NCBI GenBank assembly: GCA_016929065.1
Contig: JAFGJO010000042.1
Span: 16,543 to 80,542 of the forward strand
Direction of reading: 5' to 3'
DNA from: Spirochaetales bacterium
GTDB lineage: Bacteria; Spirochaetota; Spirochaetia; SZUA-6; RPPD01
Length of the DNA: 64,000 nt
The notes beneath the pieces are model-generated. The model had not been told where the DNA came from. It did no database searches and worked only from the letters and a program-made list of their open reading frames with translations. Made by a program: the position numbers and the translations under genes. Below, piece by piece: positions 23,067 through 31,461 of the stretch. How positions within the stretch are numbered: position 1 is the stretch's first letter; every line of letters starts with the position of its first letter.

Positions 23067-23185
23067 CAGTCTTCCGGTGTGTCTTTCTTTCTGACAAATT
23101 GAATAACCTTTACGATCATGTTTTCAATCTGTGGTTTAAAGAAAAATACAATAACCCCTCCGGCAAGCAAGCCAAGTATAAACAT
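23067..23185 (-). CDS. 39 aa hydrophobic peptide, translationally coupled downstream of hsp20
   Basis: The sequence is MFILGLLAGGVIVFFFKPQIENMIVKVIQFVRKKDTPED. The ATG lies 2 nt after the hsp20 stop with GGAGG 8 nt upstream, and it runs into the bidirectional terminator. Confidence 0.35.
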
Positions 23186-23186
23186 G

Positions 23187-23711
23187 CTATTCCGCCTCCC
23201 TGACAATCTCAACCTTCACCCCTTCTGTTGAGGAATAATTCTCTTTTGGGGGAACAACCACCTTCAGGATTCCATCCTTGAATTTCGCATCAACTTTTTC
23301 GCGGTCGAATTTTTTTTCCGGCACATAGTATTTGTGATTTTTTATCTCTTTGAGTTTGAGTCTGTGCTTGAAATACTTCACGCCGCCCTCTTCTGTCCGG
23401 ACAGATGGCTCGGCAGAAATCACCATGTAATCCCCCTGAAATTCCAGAGAAATGCTTTTCTCGTTGAATCCGGCAAAAGCAAATTCAAAAACAAGCTTCC
23501 TGTCTTCTGTCAAAAAAATATTTGCCGGCGGGTAATGGTACAGGGGATAAAAATCTATATTTTCATCCCAGTCAAACCCCCAGTTCCGGGGTCCGTTTTT
23601 CGGAGAGAATCCATCCTTGAATTCCTCCCTGAATGCATCTTTAAAATTTTGTGCAGTTTCGAAGACTTCATCGAAAATGCGGCCAAGATCAAACCAACCC
23701 TGTTCTTTCAT
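23187..23711 (-). CDS. Hsp20/alpha-crystallin family small heat-shock protein
   Basis: It has the alpha-crystallin-domain layout, including the G-x-L-x-V-x-V-P motif (GILKVVVP). Confidence 0.85.
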   Translation of the reverse strand: MKEQGWFDLGRIFDEVFETAQNFKDAFREEFKDGFSPKNGPRNWGFDWDENIDFYPLYHYPPANIFLTEDRKLVFEFAFAGFNEKSISLEFQGDYMVISAEPSVRTEEGGVKYFKHRLKLKEIKNHKYYVPEKKFDREKVDAKFKDGILKVVVPPKENYSSTEGVKVEIVREAE

Positions 23712-23950
23712 AAAACACCTCGCAAAAGCGTGTATTCAGCCCCTTATACAAGGCGGCTGTTTCGGGGAATATTTCCCCTTATTCCATATATAGAGTTGCA
23801 AGAACCATGCCACAAAGATACCCGTCCGCATTTCAGGCCTCTTGTAGAACTGCATATAGTATAATGAATTACCAATAGCACCCGGAGTAGTATTACAGGG
23901 AATTACGCTGATGAGTCATAATGACCCTATTATTCTGAAATTGGTGTAAT

Positions 23951-24751
23951 ATGGGTCGTCCCTTTACTGATTTTCTTGGAATAATCAGAAAGGTATGCTA
24001 CACTCGGAGGATGAAACAATTACTGAGGTTTTTCATTGTTATCCTTGCTGTCCTCCCTTTTACAACCGGGCTGTTTCATATCTGCCTTCTGGGTGTCACC
24101 GGAAAAGAACTCTTCGCCCTGAAAGAAACGTTTCCGCAGAAAACATCAATTATAAAATTGAGGGGAAATAATTATGCCAAACAGCTGGAAAAAATTGTTC
24201 CGCTGACCGAATTTCCCGCCGACCTGGTGCAGACGGTGCTCTTTGCGGAAGATTTGTATTTCTACCGGCACAGCGGTTTCTCAATCCGTTACATCGAACA
24301 CGCCATAACATTGAACAACAAGTATGGATATACCGTATACGGTGGAAGCACCATTACGCAGCAGCTTGCCCGCACACTTTTTTTGAATATTGATAAAAAT
24401 TATCTGAGGAAATATCTCGAGCTGGTCATTTCGATTGAAATGGAATTTATCCTGGAAAAAAACCGGATTTTGGAATTGTACCTGAACTATATAGAATTGG
24501 GTCCGGAGATATACGGATTCCCCGAAGCAGCAGAATATTATTTCAACAAACGCCTTATGGAGCTGACGACCGAGGAAAAACTGAGCTTGATCTCGATCAT
24601 GCCGAGCCCGTTACACTGGAGTGTGCATACCTTCAAGGAAAATAATATACTGCTTCGCCGCTACTATTTTATCCGGAGTTATTACCAAAACCAGCATACG
24701 CTCCCGCCCCGGATAAAAAGCTCACTAATAGAAAAAAACAAACTAGAATAA
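23951..24751 (+). CDS. mtgA: Monofunctional peptidoglycan glycosyltransferase (GT51)
   Basis: It has GT51 motifs (GGSTITQQLAR, RKxxE). An alternative start is at 24011 (MKQLLRFF). Confidence 0.8.
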   Translation: MGRPFTDFLGIIRKVCYTRRMKQLLRFFIVILAVLPFTTGLFHICLLGVTGKELFALKETFPQKTSIIKLRGNNYAKQLEKIVPLTEFPADLVQTVLFAEDLYFYRHSGFSIRYIEHAITLNNKYGYTVYGGSTITQQLARTLFLNIDKNYLRKYLELVISIEMEFILEKNRILELYLNYIELGPEIYGFPEAAEYYFNKRLMELTTEEKLSLISIMPSPLHWSVHTFKENNILLRRYYFIRSYYQNQHTLPPRIKSSLIEKNKLE

Positions 24752-24760
24752 AAAAAATAA

Positions 24761-24782
24761 AGCCCCCGATAAATCGGGGGAG
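24761..24782. terminator. Bidirectional terminator hairpin between mtgA and the YD-rich protein gene
   Basis: A cccccgat/atcggggg stem is flanked by an A-run on the + strand, which reads as a U-run on the - strand. Confidence 0.55.
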
Positions 24783-24788
24783 GCTTCA

Positions 24789-25346
24789 TCAATAATAGCC
24801 GTATGGACTGTAGTAATACCCGTACGGATCATAGTCATCATAATACCCGTATGGATCATAGTCATCATAATAGCCATACGGATCATAATAGTCATAATAA
24901 TATCCGTAGGGATCATAATAATCATAATAACTGTACGGATCATAATAATCATAGGGATAATAATCAATATTGAGCGGAAAGGACGGCTCCTGTTCTTCTG
25001 CAATAGGCCAGAAGTATTCTTTTCCTTCCCTGAATTCTCCGTTTTTTCTGATTTGAAATGTTTTCCCCTCATGTTTGTACAGAGCAACCAGAGTATGCTT
25101 GCCGGAAGGAATTTGCACCATCACCGCCTCATGCGGTTTTATTCTGGATGATTCAGTGAGGTTATTACTCCAACGCTCCCCTCCGTCGGAATAATAATAC
25201 ACCCCGATCAAATCAAGTGATGTCTCATTCGAGACAGAAACAGAAATTAATCCTGAAGCCGGGCTGTTGTTTTTTTCTGCGACAATCACTGTAGTAAGAA
25301 AAAGCAGCATTCCGCATAACAGTAGCAGACGACGAAATGTTTTCAT
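24789..25346 (-). CDS. Secreted protein with a C-terminal Tyr/Asp/Pro-rich tandem repeat tail
   Basis: It has a signal peptide, then a C-terminal tail of about five 9-10 aa units of the form DPYGYYDDY. Confidence 0.6.
   Translation of the reverse strand: MKTFRRLLLLCGMLLFLTTVIVAEKNNSPASGLISVSVSNETSLDLIGVYYYSDGGERWSNNLTESSRIKPHEAVMVQIPSGKHTLVALYKHEGKTFQIRKNGEFREGKEYFWPIAEEQEPSFPLNIDYYPYDYYDPYSYYDYYDPYGYYYDYYDPYGYYDDYDPYGYYDDYDPYGYYYSPYGYY
24796..24960. repeat. Tandem 27-30 nt coding repeats (the YD-rich tail)
   Basis: Near-identical units such as ataatacccgtatggatcatagtcatc recur head to tail. The overlapping minus-frame ORF at 24743-25087 is an artefact of this repeat. Confidence 0.7.
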
Positions 25347-25772
25347 AAAGGCCTCCCCATTGATGTATTTATTATAGTATAGACAAACCGGAATTTCAAA
25401 AATAAATTAAAAAATTACCGGAATTTATCCCTTCAGGAAGCTGGCGGTCCCGGGATACTGTTGACTGAGCACAGTACACCATTAAAACAACTACTATGAC
25501 TACTATAAAAACCGGTTTTCTGAATTCAATTGCTGTCCTGTGTATTCTTCATTTCATTTCGATGGGGTTTCAACGGCGTAATATAATCTTTTTCATTCGC
25601 TGTTCTACAAAAATTTGTACAATTCGGGTTAACCTTTTTGCATGAGTGTTGTTTTCAAGAAACGACGCCGGTAATCTGTCGAAAAATTGAGGGTATAATG
25701 GGTAGACCGCGTCTTTACAGAGCAATAGATTCTCATTATAATCGCCCCTTACAACCCCGAGGAGGACTGTAC

Positions 25773-26879
25773 ATGCATAAAAGCTTCGTTTTATTCCTGA
25801 TATTAATACTATCTGTTACCGGATTATTTGCCCAGACAAATCCCGAAATACAGGCAATAGAAAAAAACTATAAATACCATGCGTTGTATGATTTTATCGA
25901 AATCATGCAAAAAAGCAAATTAAGCTATTCAATCAATGCCGGAAACGAAAGCGAATTTGCCTACACACAGTTTGTTCTGCCGATCCAGGAAGGACAGCAT
26001 ATTCCCTCCATTTATGACCGGCGGGTGACCAATGCCGACGGCAGTGTAAAAGTAATCGAAGATCTGCCGAAAGGTGATATCAGCCGGTTGTTTGACGAAG
26101 CAGCCCAGTATATTGAAAAAGAAGACTGGGGAACAGCAAGAAAATTGGTTGAAAGGGCAACGCAAATTGATCCCAACTACTTTGTCGCCTGGTCGTATCT
26201 CGCGCAAACGTTTTTGTTTAACGACAACCCATTGCAGGCGATCGGGTATCTTAAAAAGGCGATATCGCTGAATCCAATCGCCTACCATGAGCATTATCTG
26301 CTCGCGATGGCGCTGTATCAGCTTGGTGATTTTGAAAACGCACTGGAATCCATTACCCAGGCTTTTATCTACAACCGGTACGACCCCAAAGTTATTGAAG
26401 GACTTCAAGCGGTCCTCAAAGCGAAAAACATGAAGCTGTATGAAAATCACATGATATTCCCGTTTCACATAAAAAAGGTATCAGATACCAAATGCGATAT
26501 TTACCTGATCGGCGAACACGGTGAATCGTGGACTGCCATGGCAGTTTCAACCGCCGTTTGGATGATGGAACCGGAATTTAAAGAGATTGACGAAAAATAT
26601 TCAAAAGCCGGGATTTTCAACAGTATCAAATTCTATGAAATCTTTTACGGGCAGTTTGGCGAAATCGCTCTCCGCCTCAACAATAAGGAAACAGTGACAC
26701 CCCTTGAAAAACGTTTTTTCAACATCGTAAATGACGGATATCTGCTGCAGGTAATCTCCTGGGACCTCCTTGGCCAGGCATTTCCCGAGGTGATATACCT
26801 GATGAAAGATGAAGAAATGCAAAAACTGAAAAAATATGTACAGAAGTATGTTTTTGTACAGCAGGAAAAAAGCGAATAA
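25773..26879 (+). CDS. Secreted TPR-repeat protein
   Basis: A GAGGAGG RBS lies 7 nt before the ATG at 25773. It has a signal peptide and TPR-like helices (WSYLAQTFLFNDNPLQAIGYLKKAISLNP). Confidence 0.7.
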   Translation: MHKSFVLFLILILSVTGLFAQTNPEIQAIEKNYKYHALYDFIEIMQKSKLSYSINAGNESEFAYTQFVLPIQEGQHIPSIYDRRVTNADGSVKVIEDLPKGDISRLFDEAAQYIEKEDWGTARKLVERATQIDPNYFVAWSYLAQTFLFNDNPLQAIGYLKKAISLNPIAYHEHYLLAMALYQLGDFENALESITQAFIYNRYDPKVIEGLQAVLKAKNMKLYENHMIFPFHIKKVSDTKCDIYLIGEHGESWTAMAVSTAVWMMEPEFKEIDEKYSKAGIFNSIKFYEIFYGQFGEIALRLNNKETVTPLEKRFFNIVNDGYLLQVISWDLLGQAFPEVIYLMKDEEMQKLKKYVQKYVFVQQEKSE

Positions 26880-26918
26880 AATAATTCAGACTTACCAATA
26901 AATTGAAAGGAAATTACA

Positions 26919-27491
26919 TTGAAGGGAAAAAATATTGTATTGTTCGGCCCCCCGGGTGCCGGCAAAGGAACCCAGGCGGCAAAACTCATCGGTTTTTTAC
27001 AGGTACCACACATCTCAACCGGCGATATGTTTCGCCACAACCTGAAAAACCAGACCGAATTGGGAAAAAAAGCACAGGAATACATGAGCAGGGGCGCCCT
27101 TGTTCCTGACGAAATAACCATTGCGATGGTCGCCGACCGGCTGTCCCAGCCCGATGTCAAAGAGGGATTTTTACTCGACGGATTTCCCCGAAGCACGCCC
27201 CAAGCGGCGGAACTGGACAATATTTTGTCCAGCCTGTCCATTCAACTCGATTATGTAATAAACATCGCTGTTTCGGATGAAGAAGTCCGTGCCAGACTCT
27301 CAAAACGGGCAGAAATCGAAGGCCGTGCCGATGACCGTGATCCTGCCGTGATTCAAAACAGAATCGACACCTACAAAAGCCAGAGCGAACCGTGCCTTGA
27401 GTACTATCGCCCCAAAAATATTCTCGTTGATATTAACGGTACAGGCACTATTGAAGAGATTTTCGAAAGAATTAAAAAAGCATTACAATAA
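26919..27491 (+). CDS. adk: Adenylate kinase (short form, TTG start)
   Basis: It has the GPPGAGKGTQA P-loop and NMP-binding motifs. Confidence 0.95.
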   Translation: MKGKNIVLFGPPGAGKGTQAAKLIGFLQVPHISTGDMFRHNLKNQTELGKKAQEYMSRGALVPDEITIAMVADRLSQPDVKEGFLLDGFPRSTPQAAELDNILSSLSIQLDYVINIAVSDEEVRARLSKRAEIEGRADDRDPAVIQNRIDTYKSQSEPCLEYYRPKNILVDINGTGTIEEIFERIKKALQ

Positions 27492-27497
27492 ACTGAA

Positions 27498-27547
27498 AAC
27501 GAAAGCCTTCTTGACACAGGAAGGCTTTCGTTATATAAATTTTTTCC
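27498..27547 (+). terminator. Rho-independent terminator of adk
   Basis: A 13 bp stem (aacgaaagccttc / gaaggctttcgtt) is followed by a U-rich tract. Confidence 0.7.
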
Positions 27548-27665
27548 TATTCCAAAGGATATTTTCAGAAACGCAGATTTTTGCTGCAAGGACGCTGAAA
27601 AATCCTGAGGAAGATATGACACGAAGTTTCGATATTACAAGGCTTCTGCCTTTTAAATAGTAAAT

Positions 27666-27714
27666 GGAGTTTTATTATTCTCCTTAAAAACTTTTTCGAG
27701 AATAATAAAACTCC
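27666..27714. repeat. Perfect 17 bp inverted repeat with a 15 nt loop (ggagttttattattctc ... gagaataataaaactcc)
   Basis: I read this directly from the sequence. It lies 60 nt upstream of the tRNA gene. Confidence 0.8.
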
Positions 27715-27773
27715 AAGGTTTGTCGGTAATGTACCTTTCTTGTCGGGAAGATCGTACATTATTGACAAACACC

Positions 27774-27847
27774 GGGCCTATAGCTCAGTTGGTTAGAGCA
27801 ACGGACTCATAATCCGTGGGTCCCAGGTTCAAGTCCTGGTGGGCCCA
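27774..27847 (+). tRNA. tRNA with a CAU anticodon (elongator Met, or lysidine-modified tRNA-Ile2). CCA is not encoded
   Basis: It folds as a cloverleaf with acceptor GGGCCTA/TGGGCCC, D-arm AGCTCAGTTGGTTAGAGC, anticodon loop CTCATAA and T-arm GGTTCAAGTCC. Confidence 0.85.
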
Positions 27848-27882
27848 TTCTTTCCACTGTGCATCCTGCACAGTGGAAAGAA
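27848..27882 (+). terminator. Perfect 16 bp palindrome hairpin immediately 3' of the tRNA (putative terminator/processing structure, no U-tract)
   Basis: The arms are ttctttccactgtgca and tgcacagtggaaagaa, separated by a tcc loop. Confidence 0.5.
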
Positions 27883-27897
27883 TGCAGAAATCGAGAA
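27858..27897. repeat. 40 bp direct repeat, copy 1 (tgtgcatcctgcacagtggaaagaatgcagaaatcgagaa)
   Basis: It is 39/40 identical to copy 2 at 28174-28213. Confidence 0.85.
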
Positions 27898-28081
27898 TTG
27901 CAATTCCAGACTCTTTGCAAAATTAACAGCATTTTATTTCAACTATTCGTATTTCTGCACGAGATTTCTGTGGCTGGCCATCCATGGCCAGAAACTATCA
28001 ATCCATTTCCTGGAATTCAATCAAAATAATACTGTTTCATTCTAAATCTCTTGGTTTCTCCACAATTACTATACCGTTCCG

Positions 28082-28122
28082 TGGAGTTTTGTACTAAAAC
28101 CCTGTTTTGGTACAAAACTCCA
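28082..28122. repeat. Perfect 13 bp inverted repeat with a 15 nt loop (tggagttttgtac ... gtacaaaactcca)
   Basis: It shares the ggagtttt/aaaactcc arm ends and the 15 nt loop size with the IR at 27666-27714. Confidence 0.8.
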
Positions 28123-28173
28123 AATTTACTCCATGCGAAGCAAGGAGTAAAACGAACATCCTGTTCAGAGAAA

Positions 28174-28213
28174 TGTGCATCCTGCACAGTGGAAAGGATG
28201 CAGAAATCGAGAA
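28174..28213. repeat. 40 bp direct repeat, copy 2
   Basis: It matches copy 1 with a single a/g difference. The spurious ORFs in this tract share the translation CILHSGK(N/D)AEIEN. Confidence 0.85.
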
Positions 28214-28331
28214 CTTGGTTTGCCCTCCTTTTACCACTTTTGTAAAAAAGCTGACTCTTTTTGTTTTCCTGCCATTTCCACAAAGAACAACATATTGTAT
28301 AAAGAGTGAACATGAATTCTATGGAGGAACA

Positions 28332-28778
28332 ATGCGAAATATCACTTGTATTAAACTTTTAACATTCCTGGCAGTTGCGTTTTTCATATCATCGGGGTGT
28401 ACAAGCGTGAACAATGCAAGGCATTCAATTGATCAGAAAGAAGCGGAAGCAATTACCAAAGCATGTTTTGATTATGTTGAAGGTTTTTTTGAGGGGAGCG
28501 TGGAACGTGTATCCAATGGATGCCATCAGGAACTTCAAAAACGCCGGATTCGTGATAATGCACTCTATACAACTACCCGCGAAAAACTTCTTGAAGGTGT
28601 GGCAAAAAACAAAAAGAAACCCGATAATCTTGAAATAACCGTTGATATCTATGATGTCTACGGTACCATTGCATCTGCTGTAATCTACTCTTTTTATGTC
28701 GATTATGTTCAGCTTGCGAAGATAGAAGGTCGCTGGCAGGTTGTCAATGTTTTGTGGGACTATAAAAGCATCAAGTAG
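28332..28778 (+). CDS. Small lipoprotein, hypothetical
   Basis: A GGAGG RBS precedes it and the signal peptide ends in an SSGC lipobox. The ORF-track start at 28107 lies inside the repeat tract and I reject it. Confidence 0.65.
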   Translation: MRNITCIKLLTFLAVAFFISSGCTSVNNARHSIDQKEAEAITKACFDYVEGFFEGSVERVSNGCHQELQKRRIRDNALYTTTREKLLEGVAKNKKKPDNLEITVDIYDVYGTIASAVIYSFYVDYVQLAKIEGRWQVVNVLWDYKSIK

Positions 28779-28832
28779 CTGACTAATATTCAATGGAATA
28801 AGCTGACTATTTTATCGTTTCTTCTATAATCA

Positions 28833-28859
28833 AAGAGCTGCCTTTTTTCGGCAGCTCTT
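28833..28859. terminator. Bidirectional terminator between the lipoprotein gene (+) and hsp20 (-)
   Basis: A perfect 10 bp stem (aagagctgcc / ggcagctctt) with a T-rich loop and T-rich flanks. Confidence 0.65.
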
Positions 28860-28882
28860 CTTTGTTGTTTTCCGAAGAGTAA

Positions 28883-29314
28883 TTATTCACTCTTTACCTG
28901 TATTGTTTTCGGTTGGGCTTCGGGAGACTTCGCAATAGTCAGTGTCAAAACCCCGTTTTTAAAAGAAGCATTAATCTTTTCGCGGTCAACATCTTCCGGG
29001 AGCACAAAACTCCGGGTAAATGAATACCCCTTTCTCTCACGGATAAGGTATCCGTTTTTTTCCGCCTCTTTTTCCTCATTCTTTTCCGATGAAATGGAAA
29101 GAAGATTGTTTTCAATCTTGACAGCAATATCCTTGTCGGTCAAACCGGGAAGATCTGCTTCCAGTATATACTGTTCTTTTTCTTCCCGAACATCAACCCG
29201 GGGATGTGACCCGTTTGTGTTCCACAATTTGTTGTCAAAGACCTCATCAAAAAAACGGTCCAGGTCAGTTCCGAAAATACTCTTCGAAACAGGATTGTAT
29301 TTTACCAGATTCAT
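28883..29314 (-). CDS. Hsp20/alpha-crystallin family small heat-shock protein (second copy)
   Basis: It has an alpha-crystallin domain (SFKNGVLTLTI). Confidence 0.9.
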   Translation of the reverse strand: MNLVKYNPVSKSIFGTDLDRFFDEVFDNKLWNTNGSHPRVDVREEKEQYILEADLPGLTDKDIAVKIENNLLSISSEKNEEKEAEKNGYLIRERKGYSFTRSFVLPEDVDREKINASFKNGVLTLTIAKSPEAQPKTIQVKSE

Positions 29315-29683
29315 AGGAAACCTCCTTGGGTTTTATTTTCTATTTACTATATTGCAATAAATGTGCCAAGTCGCCTGAACTTGTTGCCTCTATTTAATTT
29401 CAAGCTGTATATAGAATTAACAAGTCATCACTAATTCTTGATACTTTTGCTCTATTGATAATGGGTATTTTTGACATACTGTATCATATTATTTAATTCT
29501 GCGTATCAATTTGACACACTCGCCGTTATCGCCTTTGTTTTGAATGTGAAAAAATGATCCACTGGCCTTTTTTTAGCGAAAATTCCTTTAATGCTTTTCC
29601 AAAAAAATATGGTAGAGTATCTTCTGTAAAATCATGATACTATTCATTTTTCAATTATTGAAATTATCATATCCGGGGTTTAT

Positions 29684-30463
29684 GTGAACAGTTATCATAC
29701 CCATACATTTCGATGCAAACATGCCACAGGGGAAGTACACGAATATGTGGCTGAGGCCATGAAGAAAAATTCAACCCACGTTGGCATAACCGACCATACT
29801 CCGCTCCCGGATAATCGCTGGCACAGTGTCCGAATGCGCATGGATGAACTTGAAGGATATCTGCTGGCGATTGAGACGGCAAAGGCGATGTATCCCGGCA
29901 TAACGGTCTACGCCGGGCTTGAATGCGAATACGCCAATGAATATGCTTCCTTTTATCAGGATCATCTTATTGGTAAATGCCGCTTGAACTATCTCATCGG
30001 CGGAGCCCACTTTTTTCCTTTTCACAAAGAATGGGCAAATGTTTATGAAGGAATACAAACTCCAAAACAACTCACTGCCTATGCAGATTATGTTATTTCC
30101 TCTATTAGATCCGGCTTGTTTGCATTCATTGCTCATCCTGATCTGTTTGCAAACTCATATCTCCGATGGGATGCGGATGCAAAGGCAGCATCAATGGATA
30201 TACTTTCGGCTGCAGAGTCGTGCAGGATACCGCTTGAACTCAACTGTTATGGTTTTAGAAAACCGTTCGTCAGCAGCAGCAGCGGGAAGAGGCCTGCGTA
30301 CCCGCTCGAAGAATTCTGGGCGCTTGCGTCCGGATATCAAATAATGGTTGTTGTCAATGCTGATGCTCACAAACCCGATGATATTATCGCCAATATGGAC
30401 CAGGGTTTAAAGCTGGCACAAAAGTATAATTTGAATGTCATTGATCTTTCTTCATTTTTATAA
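29684..30463 (+). CDS. PHP-domain histidinol-phosphatase family protein (HisJ-like)
   Basis: It has the N-terminal HTHTxxxxHA metal-binding motif and the PHP fold pattern. Confidence 0.75.
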   Translation: MNSYHTHTFRCKHATGEVHEYVAEAMKKNSTHVGITDHTPLPDNRWHSVRMRMDELEGYLLAIETAKAMYPGITVYAGLECEYANEYASFYQDHLIGKCRLNYLIGGAHFFPFHKEWANVYEGIQTPKQLTAYADYVISSIRSGLFAFIAHPDLFANSYLRWDADAKAASMDILSAAESCRIPLELNCYGFRKPFVSSSSGKRPAYPLEEFWALASGYQIMVVVNADAHKPDDIIANMDQGLKLAQKYNLNVIDLSSFL

Positions 30464-30530
30464 ACTTTTCGTTGATTTCTCCGGATGCATGGAGTACAAT
30501 ATAAATATATCTCACCTCTGGGAGGGGACC

Positions 30531-30731
30531 ATGAGAGAACACGCCCGTTTTACACACATGCAAAAAAAAGACATCAACAACATTATGCAGCTGATCAGAA
30601 TGTACAAGATTCTGTCACCGCATGCATACAGACGTCTGCACTCATATATTCTTTCACTCGAAAAGGAAAACAGACGGATGAGTAAAAACGAAGAAAGCCT
30701 CGCAAGCGAGGAAGTAATCTACCTCAATTAA
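30531..30731 (+). CDS. Small basic hypothetical protein (66 aa)
   Basis: A GGGAGGGG RBS precedes the ATG at 30531. Confidence 0.4.
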   Translation: MREHARFTHMQKKDINNIMQLIRMYKILSPHAYRRLHSYILSLEKENRRMSKNEESLASEEVIYLN

Positions 30732-30972
30732 AAAAAAGTATTTCACCGCTCTTGCAGGGGTTGTTTTAAAAGAATTCCTTTTTGGGGAGGGGCTTTTTCA
30801 ACAATCCCTTGCACCCCTTTTTTTCATAAATTTCACACAAGGATCACAAAAAGTAGATTTTTGAATTAATTACTAAAAAATAATAAAAATTGTGAACTGT
30901 GTATTGCTGACAGAGTGACTTTTTCCTCCCCTTTGTGAATTCTGCGAGAGATTCTTCTCTTAAAATATTTTC

Positions 30973-31001
30973 TTGACAATAGTGTCTCAATGTACTAAAT
31001 T
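30973..31001 (+). promoter_or_regulatory. Putative sigma70-type promoter (TTGACA-N17-TAAATT) for the GntR operon
   Basis: A consensus -35 hexamer is present, and a gtacta...tagtac palindrome downstream may be the operator. Confidence 0.3.
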
Positions 31002-31041
31002 ATTATTGTATTACTACACTAGTACAATTACGAGGTGATAT

Positions 31042-31461
31042 GTGTACGGTCAAATTGAGTTTACGCTGGATCCAAAAAGCGGTGTTCCCTTCTACAAACA
31101 AATAATACTTCAAATCGAAATGGCGATTGCAGATGGCCGGCTGAAAACCGGTGATCAGGTTCCAACGGTCAGAGGACTTGCGGTTGATCTGTCGATTAAC
31201 CCGAACACTGTTGCCAGAGCATACAGCGAACTGGAAATCAGGGGAATTGTGACTACTCAGCACGGGACAGGCACCTTTATCGGAGATAAAAAAATCGATA
31301 TCTCTGATGTTGAGAGAGAACGCATACTGGCCGAAATGGCGCGTGCTTTCATCGTCAATGCCAATTCCTATGGTTTTACAATCCGCGAGTTGATAACGTA
31401 TCTTGAAGAACTTGACAATGAAGAATCACAGACAAAGGAGACGACACATGAAGTTCTCTGA
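31042..31461 (+). CDS. GntR-family transcriptional regulator (short YtrA-like subtype)
   Basis: It has a GntR winged HTH (VPTVRGLAVDLSINPNTVARAYSELE), is ~139 aa long and is followed by ABC transporter genes. Confidence 0.8.
   Translation: MYGQIEFTLDPKSGVPFYKQIILQIEMAIADGRLKTGDQVPTVRGLAVDLSINPNTVARAYSELEIRGIVTTQHGTGTFIGDKKIDISDVERERILAEMARAFIVNANSYGFTIRELITYLEELDNEESQTKETTHEVL

Noticed and set aside
24743-25087. 114 aa minus-strand ORF rich in MIIM/TMIR repeats
   Set aside because: It is an alternative frame of the tandem DNA repeat encoding the YD-rich tail, so it is an artefact.
26645-27622. Minus-strand ORFs of 198 aa and 72 aa overlapping adk
   Set aside because: They are antisense to adenylate kinase, which has unmistakable motifs.
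27858-28213. Possible CRISPR array
   Set aside because: There are only two copies of the 40 bp repeat, separated by 316 bp of hairpin-rich sequence. There are no regular spacers and no cas genes.
27839-28313. ORFs of 64-98 aa in the tract after the tRNA (27839-28045+, 28017-28313-, 28051-28245+) and the long N-terminal extension of 28107-28778
   Set aside because: They translate the 40 bp direct repeats and hairpins (shared CILHSGK[N/D]AEIEN) and have no RBS. The real downstream gene starts at 28332 with a GGAGG RBS and a lipobox.
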